64,000 nt of DNA from contig CAJINV010000005.1 in the NCBI GenBank assembly GCA_905178155.1, positions 8,244,515 to 8,308,514 of the forward strand. Direction: 5' to 3'. The notes below the pieces were generated by a model. It was not told where the DNA came from, made no database searches, and saw only the letters and a list, made by a program, of their open reading frames with translations. This DNA is from Amoebophrya sp. A120. Its lineage: Eukaryota; Protista; Dinoflagellata. Of the stretch, positions 50,691-62,600 are shown piece after piece. The position numbers and the translations under genes are program-made. How positions within the stretch are numbered: position 1 is the stretch's first letter; every line of letters begins with the position of its first letter.

Positions 50691-53600
50691 ATGAGACGTC
50701 GGAGGTGGTGTGCAACAAGCCGGAAGCTCTTTCTACTCCGCACCATGCCAGGTCTCTCGTCCCACCTGTCGCGGCTCCTTCTCTCGACTAGTAGCCTTTC
50801 GGCGCTAGAAGTCGAAGTAAAAAACCTCCTCCTTGTTGCGGCCCTTGACGTTGGCGGTCCAGAGCAGGATGAAACTATTCCCCCTTCTGACGAGCAGAGT
50901 AGCATTGTTGAAGAGGATTTGCCAGCAGGACCTGCTGGTGCTGATCTATTCGCCACTAGTAGAGCTGCATCTTCTGTAATAAGTCTTGGCGAGGGACGAG
51001 GTACTTCTAGTCCTCTAGCTGCGCAGCAGGAGACTAAGAACGAGGAAGAAGAGGTCGCCGGGCATGCTGCAATCCAGCTGAACGACCTTGACAACAACGA
51101 CCTCGATGCGCTGACAGTGGAAAAAAACCTCGAGGAGTTGCTTTATGCTGAACAGAATGTGATATGGATTGCAAAAATGCTTGGGTCTGGAAGGACGCGA
51201 ACTTGTAATGCTGTCTTTGGATTCCAAAAAAATCTGTATTGCATGACCAGCAACAGGACTCCAGTTTGTGTTACGTGGAGAGGGCATTTCTCATGCGGAA
51301 TAGGCACTAGGAAGCCCTCTAAAAATCTGCGTTGCTAGATCATGCATTAGAGGCATCAAGCATCATACATAACATGCATGACAAGTCTGGCACTCTTCCA
51401 GACCCAGACACTTTTGCATTTGATATGTGAATGAAGATCTTGGTAGAAGTTTCCCAGAGCCAGACGAGGACGAATTTTTCGGCAGCGGCAGTAGTACCTC
51501 CAGCAGCGTTATCAAATGTAAAAATGTCTGGGTCTGGAAGAATGCAACTTGTCATGCTAAATCTGAAGCATGCAAATATCTGTGTTGCATGATTGCCAAA
51601 AGTCGTCCAGTTTTGACCAAGTCCGGAGGGAGTTTCTCGTGCAGGATAGGCATGAGAGAGATCGCGCCGAATCTGTCATGCTAGGTCCTGCATTCCAGAC
51701 CTCAAGGGTCATGGAAAAGCTGCATGACAAATCTGACAATCTTCCAGACCCAGACATATTTGCATTGGATAAGCGTCGGGATTCTGGATGAAAATGCGGA
51801 ATTTTCCGAACCGGAAGAGGACGGTGCCGCCTCGTCGTTCACACAAATGGCGGGCAGCAAGCCGCTATCCTTCAACAAGAGAGGATCTTCGACAAGAAAG
51901 TCAAATCCATCTGCAGAGGTAGGAGCGTTGTCACATGCATCTCCAGGAAGTAGAACATCAGGAGCGGAGGCTGCTGCTGCACGAGATGAAGTTCTTGGGA
52001 ACAGTGGTACTGGAGCAGGAGGCGACCACGATTTTAGTATTTTCCCTGACGACGAGGACGACCACGACGACCTCCTTGCTTCCTCTAATTTATTTCCCGC
52101 GGAAAATGAAGATGTAGGTGACCTGGTACTAAACGCAACCGGCACCACATTTCTCCAAAATAAACAAACCATTTTATTGGGGGAGAATCAAGGAGAAGCA
52201 TTGTCTATGCGGAAGCAAGCAGATAAGTTATCAAATGCAAAAATGTCTGGGTCTGGAAGAGTCGGGACTTGTCATGCACATTTTGCATGACCCGTGAGGT
52301 CTGTGATGCTGGTGCTAGCATCACAGATTTTTTGAGTGCTTCTTAAATGATGCTAATTACGCATAAGAAATGCCCTCTCCGCGTGCCAAGAACTGACTCC
52401 TCATGCTGCTCATGCAACACAGATATTTTTAGAATCCGCAGACAGCATTACAAGTTGCATTCTTGTTCCAGACCCAGACATTTTTACATTTGACAGAAGT
52501 CGCGGATGAACAACGGGAAGACCACAGAGAGACGAGAAGGCGACAAGGATGACGAAAAAGAGAGGTCGCGGGGGCGCACCAGCAGGGGCGGTGGCAGAAA
52601 CCGGTCGCGGTCTCGAACAAGCAGAGAAGATGACAAAGACGATCGTCGTCGGCGTCCCGCTCGGCGCGAGGGAAGGAGCAGGAGCCGCGAGCGGGAGCGA
52701 AGCAGTGCGACGCGTCGCGACCGAGAACGGCCTAGAAGCCGAGAAAAGCCGCCAGCCCGGCCACCTCCGCGACCGCGCAGGCCCCCTCCGCGGCCGCCTG
52801 GTTACAATCGAGGACCCCCACCACGGTATCCGCCACCTCCCGGGCCGCGTGGTGTCCCTCCTCCGCAGGAACAGTCAGCTGCAGAGCCAGCTCCGGCTCG
52901 CACCACGCGGGCGAAATCGAAGCCGAAGCCCCCACCGGTGGACAAGGAATTGGTTCGCGACGAAGCACGCACGGCGGTGCAGACGGCCTTGACGCAGGGC
53001 ATGACAAAGCAGAAAGAAAAGCAGTCCAGTTACGAGCAACAGTCTTCCAGCAAAACGGCCTACATCCTGGAAAAGGACCTGTGGAGCGCGTACTTTTCCG
53101 ACTCCGTGCGAACACTGGCGAACTTGGAAATCCTGCCGCCCGTGTGTCCCAAAAATTGCGGCGAGGAAGGTATTATGCATTGCAAAAATGTCTGCGTCTG
53201 GGTCTGGAAGGATGCAACTTGTAATGCTAATTCTGGATCGTGCAAAAATGAAAATCTGTGTTGCATGAATGCCAAAAGCTGTCCACTCTTGACCAAGTTG
53301 AGAGGAAGTTTCTCATGCAGATTAGGCATGATAGGGATCTCACAGAATCTGTCATTCTAGGTTCTGCATTCCAGACGACATGGATCATGGAAAATCTGCA
53401 TGACAAGGCTTGGAATCTTCCAGACCCAGACATGTTTTCATTTGATAGGTGTGGAGTGCTCCTTGGAAGACTTCGCTGACCTCGAACTCCGCTGCGCGGG
53501 ATATGGCGTTCTCAAATGTTACATTCTCAACTGTTACATGATTTGTCATGCAAAATTCGAGCCAGAATCGTCGCGATCAAGCTGCTTCGCATGACAAATT

Positions 53601-56600
53601 CTCGAAGTGCCAAATAGGCTAAAAATCTGTGCCAAATCTGTCATGCAAAAGGCGCAATCTTTCCCCTTTTAGTTTTCCCATGCTTGCATCACAAACTCAT
53701 GTAACAGTTGAGAATGTAACAGTTGAGAACGCCATACGGGAAACTCCAAGCCGCTAAAACTGGCGGACCCCCAAGGCTGGCTCCACGTTTCGTTTGACGG
53801 GAAACCGTATGAAATGCAAAAGTGTCTGGGTCAGGGTCTGGAAGATTGCGAGACTGTCATGCTGATCTGGCGTGACCCTTAAATCTGTATTGCGTGGCCA
53901 CAAACAGCCTCTCTCGCCTGTCATGCAAAAACGCAGTTTCTCATGCGGAATACGCAGCACAGAAGCACGAAGCAACTTGTCATGCTCGGCGGCGCATTAC
54001 AGTGCATTTGTTATTGACTGACTTGCATCACAAGTTTTCAGACCCAGACATTTTTGCATTTGATAAACCGAAAGTGCAGACTTTGCAGCGGAAAAACGTG
54101 GAAGTCACCTTGGCGACCGAGGCGAAGAGCAGGCTCGCAGGGCTCGCGAACTGGTTTTCCGGTACGCGTTCCGAGGTGGCGAATATGAAATGCAAATATG
54201 TCTGGGCGGTCTGGGAGATTGCAACATTCGTCATGCTAGTCTGGCATGCCTCTGAACTCTGTATTTCATGGCCGCTAAGAGGAGCTCCGCCTCCCTGTCA
54301 TGCAAAAACGCAGTTTCTCATGCGGAATATGGAACTCAGAACCATGAAAAAAACCTGTCGTGCTTGGCAGCGCATTGTAGCGAGCTCACTATTCCCTTCC
54401 TTGCATTACAAGTTTCCAGACCCAGACGTATTTGCAATGCATAGCGAAAGCAGAGCTGCAAGACACCTTCAAGAAGGACAAGAGCTTTCACGAGCACCTG
54501 GTTGGGGTGTCCCCGACTCAATTCCTCGCCGCGATGCTCAAGTCGTGGAAAAACGCCCCGGACCCGTTTGGAAGGAACGGATTCGATATGGATTGCAAAA
54601 GTGTCTGTCATGCTAAAGCCGAATCATGCAAAAATCTGTGTTGCATGACTGCCAAAAGCTGTCCACTTTCGACCAAGTTGGGAGGGAGTTTCTCATGCAG
54701 GATAGGCATGACGGAGACCTCACAGACGCTGTCATGCTAGGTCCCGCATGCCAGACCTCATGGGTCATGGAAAACCTGCATGACAAGTTTACACCCTTCT
54801 AGACCCAGACATATTTGCAGTTGATATTCGATCCCTTCGCCTCGCAGGAGACGTTTCTGAACAGTTTGAAGAGCGTATTACAGTGAAAAATGCGCCCACG
54901 ACCCCAGAACTTGGAAGTAAGTATTTGTATTGCAAACCTTTCCAACGGAAACATTCGCCGTCTTGCATGTATCAGCATCACAGATTTTCAATCGTGAATA
55001 GAAAAAATCTGTATTGCAAAAGATCCCAGCAAGAGTGGCGCTTGTCATGCAAGCGATGCTGTATGCGACTAGACTCTGCATCAGAAAGATTCATAGTCCG
55101 TTCATGCAAGACAAAAAGTTTTCATTTGGAAACTTCGCATCACAAACACAAACTTTCGGGGTGGGGGCATCTTTCCGTTTGATAGAGCGGCCGGGAATTC
55201 TGTTGGTTTGAGTCGCTCTCTATCAAGTGTAAGAATGTCTGGGTCTGGAAGAGTGCATGTTTGTCATGCTTGTCTGGCATGACTCTCAAATCTGTCATGC
55301 ACGTTACCCAAGAGCGCCATTTTTCTGTCATGTAGAAACGCAGTTTGTCATGCAGAATAGGCAACACCTAGAAGCTCAGAAACTTGTCATGCTGAGCGAG
55401 CACCTGTGGCCTCCTCATGATACGCCACCCAGCATCACAAGTTTCCAGACCCAGACACTTTTGCATTTGATACTCTCCATGATGCAGTTCGGCACAGACT
55501 GGCAAGGCGACTGGCGAGGTACGGGAAGAAATGGGAAGTCCAGCCTGCCACTTTACCCAACGCCGACGCTGGAGATCCGCCCGGGCAAGGAGTGCATGAA
55601 GGAAGACAAGGACATCCTGCAAAATATCCTGTGTAAAAACGTCCCCACCCCAGAGTTGTTATGCAAATTTGCAATGACAGGAGCGCTTGTAATGCGCTTC
55701 CCCATAACAGGCATTTTCAATCGTGTTTTCGCATTTGTAATGCTGCAAACAGAATAAGCAGATGGATTTGTGATGCGGATGTCCTTGCTAACATGCACTA
55801 CACTGCGGACTGCAACTTGTCATGCGTGGCTCCCACAACTTCTGGATTTGTGTTGCTAAGTTCCCAAATTGATTATGGGGCGGGGACGTTTTTACATATG
55901 ATACAAAAGATGAACGACGCTAAGGCGGCCAAGGAAGAAAGTTGGCACGGCGCGGTGCAGAATCGCTACCAGAGCATGCAGCGATACTTTGGGGGCGGCT
56001 CCACCAGTGAGGAAGGCGTCATTGTATCAAATGCAAAAATGTCTGGGTCTGGAAGAATGTAAGCTTGTCATGCAGGTTTTCCATGGCCCATCAGGTCTGG
56101 AATGCGGGACCTAGCATGACAGTGTCTGTGAGGTCTCTGCCATGCCTATCCTGCATGACAAACTCCCCCGAAACTTGGTCGAAAGTGGACAGCTTTTGGC
56201 ACTTATGCAACACAGATTTCTGCATGATTGGGATTTAGCATGACGAGTTGCAATCTTCCAGACCCAGACATTTTTGCAATCCATACATTGCGGGGAGCGA
56301 CAAAATCCCGTTTGAGACAAATGTGGCCGATTTGGTATTTCTGCGGCCAACGGACCAAATGGTGCTTTCTCCGAAGCTGAACATGCGGGAGTTCCGGCTT
56401 TTCACGGGGAATGGGAAGTTCGCCTCTATACAAGTCGAAGTTCTCGGCGAAATTCGGTTGTACCGATCAGAAGGCAGCAATCGCGCAGCAAGGCCGTTGT
56501 TTTCGAAGTGGTACCTTGCTCCGGGCGCAGGTGGGAACAGGCAGAGTCCGCCGAACTCGCAGCTGTTATCCTCTGCAAACGTATTGTACTTCGTAGTAAT

Positions 56601-59600
56601 TGCAACTCTGCATGAGCATGACCAATCTGATCTCGCGTGTAAGGTACGCCAGCAACACAAATCCCATTTTATTTCATGTTGAGCAAATTTGTATAGGTAA
56701 TTGCCACTGATACGATGCTTTTGCAATGCATAGCTGTCCTACACTTCCAATCTGCTGCAAGGAGAGAACAATGCGCAAAAGATGCAGCTTACCGTCAACC
56801 AGCCGATCCCCTCGGGAGAGAAGTGTCCGGTGCAGCTGCAGTTAAAAAGTAGCAGCCAGCTCGGGAAGGCGGAAGACGAACAGTTCATCGAAGATCTGGA
56901 AGATGCTACTGCGCTCGTCGCGGTCAAACCCATTCTCCTGTGGCTCCTGCATGACCCGCTCTGCGAGTCCCTGCGGCGCACTGGACTCGAGCGAACGGCA
57001 AACGGTTTTGATCCTCTCGTGTCTGGAGAAATTCTGCCGGCCGCGTCTTCGTTCGTCGAGGAGAACGTAGAAGAACAAGAAGGGCTGCAACGTGAAGAAC
57101 TGCAACAGGAGAAAGAAGAAAAACGCTCGTCTCACCGTCTCCGCGCGGCCGCGTGTGGTGCGAGACAGGGTCCCGGGGCGGGCGCGCTGGGTATCAAATG
57201 TAAAAATGTCTGGGTCTGGAAGATTCTGACACTTGTCATGCACGTTTTGCATGAGCCATGATGTCTGTGATGCATCCCCTAGCAATACAGATTTTTTGAG
57301 GGCTCCTTGATGCGTATTCCGCATGACAAGTGCCTTCTCAGCGTAGCAAAAATTGCCTTTCCTTAGGTACTCATGCAATACAAATTTTTTTGGAATCCAA
57401 ATGCAGCATCACAAGTTGCATTCTTCCAGACCCAGACACTTTTGCACTTGATACTGGGCAAGGCGGTGCAAAAGTTGAAGGCGCTGGCGGCGAATTTTGC
57501 GTCAGACAATCCGCTGGAGAAATACCAAAAATTCGGCACGAAAAAGGAGTTCTACGTGACCGCGCACTCCCCGACTCCGGCGGGCACTGCCCCTCCCGCG
57601 ACCCTTCCGACCCCGGCTTTGCGACGAATGAACAGTGAGATGACCGGGCTGGAACGCGCGCTACACTTGCTCTTTGACCACACCAGCAAGCAGAACCTGT
57701 TTGAAGGCTTGAAAATTGCGGCGCAAGCGAACCACGCGCGGGCAAGGCTGTACGAGAAACAACTGGCCGACCACTTGGCAAGGCAAAACAAGGCCCCGCC
57801 GAAGCCGGTGCCCAAGCCGAGTTGGTGGACGCGGGCGGCCGCGGGTCTGCGGAACAGGTTTGGGGACGACAAACAGCAGGACTTCGAATATCTCACGAAA
57901 AAACTGTTTCACTGTGATTATTTATTTGCAAGTTTTGCATCACAAGTTTGTTCTACATCACAAAGGAAGTTTGCAGCCATGCGAGCTTCCTAAGGGAAAA
58001 CACGACTAAATAATGCATTTTCTGGCATGTGTAGCAAGACAGACACTTTTGCGATGCACTTTCTGCATGAGAAACAGTTCTTTCTTGCGATATCGAACTA
58101 AAAAAGATCAATCTTGAATGGGATTTCGACTCCATGAAAAAATACGCGGTCCACATGCTATATGCAGTGCACAAGGATCGTACTCGTACTAATTGCGTTT
58201 ATGCATTACAAATCTTTTTCTTATCCGCATTGCAAATTCAATTTGTAATGGCTAAGGCAATTTGTAATGCAATTTATACTAGTAAGATGCTTTTGCACTG
58301 CATATGCTACACCCGAAACGGGAATTTGATTTTTCGAGCAACCGACCACAAGACGGCAACCAGGTCCACGCGGACAAAGTTCTCTCCGACTACGACTCTG
58401 TGACTACCGGTAGCGGGCGCAACGTGTACGATTTTGGGCCGAACAACCTACCCCCGGTGCGGCTTGCGAGGTTGATGCGGTTTCTGCAGTACAGCAATTA
58501 TGGCCTAGCGGTGGCAGCGAAGCAGAAAATTACCCCGGGATCCTTCCCGGGCACGGAGCCGGGTCTGGGCCCGGGCCCCGTGGCGATGATCAAAGATCCG
58601 TTCAAAATCGCGTCGCCATTCGACACGAACGAAATTCTGGAGGGCCCGGGAGAAAAATCGGACAAGACACTGATTTTGAACTATTTTAAGCGCAACAAAA
58701 TACCGATGATTGACATCCAGGACGGCATATCAAATGCAAAAATGTCTGGGTCTGGAAGAGTGCCAGACTTGTCATGCAGATTTTACATGACCCATGACGC
58801 CTGTAATAGATACCCTGGCATCACAGATTTTTAGCGGGCTTTCTGATGCCTATCCCGCATGAGAAATGCCCTCTCCATGTAGCACAAACTGGACCCCTCG
58901 TCTTGCTGGTCATGCAATACAGATTTTTTCAAAATGCAGAAACAGCATCACAAGTTGCAATCGTCCAGACCCAGACACTTTTGCATTTGATACGGCATGC
59001 GCCGGGTGATGGACGCGAGCGAAGACATCGGGAACTCGTTCGATCTATCCTATGTAAAAACGTCCCCACCCCATAGTTCTTGTCATGCAAATCTGCATGG
59101 TAAAATGCACCTCGTTTGTGTAAGAGATTTCCCTTCGTAAGAAATAAGCACTTCGTAAAACGTATCGCCATTGCCCTCGCTCATGTAGAAATACCAAGCA
59201 GATACTACAACAGACTAGCAGCGTGCGGGGGGAGACCAATGTGGTCTCCCCCCGCCCGCTGTGACTATTAAAAAACACACCAGAGAACTTCTTTTTTTCC
59301 AGCAGAGGCTGGTCGTGGGTTGTGGGGATGAGAAATAGAAACAATATGCTAGCACGATTTGGAGTCAGCCGCAAGCTCTTTAAGATTTCCGCTTCGCTTT
59401 ATTTCAGTTTTACAGCACAGACAAGCAACTAGATACAGACTAACAGACACTAAGTTCAGAAGAAAACACTACGAAAAGCGAAGATCTGCCTGCTAGCGCG
59501 GACATACGATACGCACGCGGGGGAGGAGGGGGAAAACGCAAGCGAAGCGAGAACAAGACGCGCAGTACAATGGGCTGGAGCAGAGGACAAGAGCAGATAG

Positions 59601-62600
59601 TAAGAATATCAAAACAAGATGAAAAGTGCACGCATGCACGCGCACTGCTTAACTGTGTGAAAGGTGTCGGCCCTGTTTGACCTGCTGCGGCAGGCAGGTG
59701 AATTCGTAGAACTGCCTCACATGTTAAGTAACGCACACCGGCCTCCTAGTTTTAGTGATGAATTAGTGAGTCCAATTAGATAACGATGAAAAAATTAGAT
59801 AACGAATGACTAGAATAACTGAATGATGAAAAATTTATATGCGCAGCGGCTTACTGCGCAGCGTCGGTTCGTGCACGTGTGTCGCTCTTCGTTCGTTGTC
59901 TCCAGGAGCTTGATCGTAAATTCGTGCGCTCCTCCTGCTTTATAAAATTCGATCTTCCCATCTGCCCCCGTTTTCCCACGTAGATTTAGATCTCTACCCT
60001 TTTATATCTTCTGTCGTTTAGTTTTGTTGTTTTGCCTGACTTGCCTTCTTAGCGCTAGCCCGCGCATCCCGCGTTCTTGCAGGGGCAGCTGTCTTTTTTT
60101 CCGCCTTGCCAGCGGATTTTGTCGCGGGGAAGAAAGCACTCTGGGTTCAACGGTCCCCGCCCCCCCTCGTCGTGGGTTCAACGGCCCCCATCCCTAAAGA
60201 GACCACTTAGAAATAATTCTACAGTAGATTGCAAATTTTACAGCGGTCGCCCGTTTTGCATCGGCCGAGGCTGCACACGCGTCCGGAGTATTTTTCACTG
60301 ACGTCCCTCGGCTTGGGTCATATGATGTTCTTCGTCAGGTCGCGCAGCCTCTATTAATGCGATTCGGGTCGGCTGCGCCCTATGGCTAGTATCTGTGATC
60401 CAGCTCGTCCATATATTTCGGGTTTCGACCCGAATAGCGCGCACTAGGCGCAACTATCTCTTTATACAGTGGTCTCTCCCTATCTTTACTATCTTTCAGT
60501 GCAGCGGCTTACTGCACTTATCGCCCTACGGAGACTGTGATCTGACCTCCCTCTACCTCCCCTGGTGGACGTCTGCCGCGGCTTACGGCTCTGGACGTTA
60601 ACTAGGATCGAGTGCGTTGTGCGGGTTTAGGGTTTTGAATATTTAATTTTGTATCTCCCACTGCTGCATGCACCCTGCTGCAGAACTTGTGATGCAAAAC
60701 AACCTCCGGGTTGTTCCCGCGCTTCAGGAGTAGTTCTGTTGCGTGCGGGCAGCAGAAGATGAGTAATGCTGTTGGTTTAGGGGGTTGAAAATGTTTGTGC
60801 ATGTGTAATGCAAAAGATGAAAAAGATTCGCGCGTGGGAGCGCATTTTTAAGCACAACGGGCGGGTGCCGTTCCCGCCGTCACACAATCACATACAATAC
60901 AATACAACAGAGCGGGGCCCAATCAAAAAAAAAAAAAATCTGCATGGTAAAATTGTTTCTCATGCGGAGCCCTATGGGAAGTGTTTTCTCGTCGTGTTTG
61001 GTGGAAATTTATGATGCTTGAATCAGCATGCTAGGCTAGGCCTGTGATGCTGCTGGGGCTAACTAAACAGGATAATGCTCCGAAGCCAAATTTGTCATGC
61101 GCAGCAACCAAAGCTGGTGAATTTGTCTAGCAGGATTCTCATCTTCACTCTGGTGTGGGGACGTTTTTCGATAGGATACGAGCGGCAAATCAACGCGAAC
61201 GACGTGAAGTCGCAGCAGGGCGGGCGGTTTCAGTGGCTCCACCTCGGGTGGCACCTCACCGCGACGCCCCAGCCCTTGCCCGCTTCGGGAACCACCGCAC
61301 CAAACGACGTACTGTACGGCATCCGGCGAAAGGCGATAGGGGACGAGATCGCTGACATCTTGCCGGAATTCCAGCTGTCGCCCGACACCGCGTTCAGTAT
61401 CCACGAGCAGCCGTCGGTAGGCCCACCTGGTGGCACCAAATTTCTCGATTTGGGGCAGCAGGTTTTGTCCCCAATTCCGACCACGTTTCACGTCACGAAC
61501 TTTTTGACAAATTTTTGGAAGAAGCAGCCGGTAAAGCAACAGCCGTATATAGCCAAGGCGATTTTGCGGGACGGCTTTGACGAAGACAACGGGTGGCACG
61601 ATGGCATCGTTGTGAAAATGGGTAGCAAGAAAAAGTTTGACTTCAACGAGGCCCATAAACCGGTGGATTCTATGAGAGTGCACAACTCCTCCTCCCCCTC
61701 ATTTGTATTGCATGAGCAGCAATGCAGACACCAGCACACGTCGAGCCTGCACATGACAAACTCAGTCGCCTAATGTACTGCTGTTTGGGTTTATTCCGGA
61801 ATCTGTCATTGAAACAATGCCACAGGGAAGCACTTGGACTTGGGTTTTTGCATCACAAGTGAGGGGGTATCGGGGGGGTTGTGCACTCCTATAGTTTCCT
61901 TCGAGAAGCCGGAAGTGGCGGCGGCCTGGTACCAAGCTTTGATTGCGTCCAACCCGCTGGCGTCTCCGCGAGGTCCCAACCCCATGATGACGTTCAAGAA
62001 CGGATATGCATTGCAAAAGTTGTATCGTACTAGGTAGTACAAATTGCATATTTCTCAGCGTGAAAAATAAAAATTGAATTTGTCATGCTGTTTTACCTTG
62101 GAAATGCGATTTGTAATGCATCACTGCAATTGCTACGAGTGCGATACTTTTGCACAGGATAACGGAGCTGGCGAGCTGATTTTCGCCAAGATTGCGGAGT
62201 TACTGGCGCTACTGGAACGGTCGTGCTGCGGCGAGATCGAGTTTTTTTGCGCGATATCAACTGTAGAAATGTCTGGGTCTGGAAGAATGCAACTTGTCAT
62301 GCTGATTTTGAATTCTAAAAAAATCTGTATTGCATGGGCAGCAAAGAGAGTCCAAGTTTTGCTACACGGAAAGAGCATTTGTCATGCGGTATAGCATCAG
62401 GAAGCCTCACAAAATCTGTGATGCTAGGGCATGCATCACAGACATCAGAAGTCCTGCAAAATGTGCATGACAAACGTGGAAATCTTCCAGACCCAGACAT
62501 TTTTACATTTGAAACGCGAAGAAAATTGAGACGGTCATGGTGAAGGACGAGAGCGGCGAGTTTGCGAAGTGGAAAAAGGAAAAGCAGCAGAAGCTCGACG

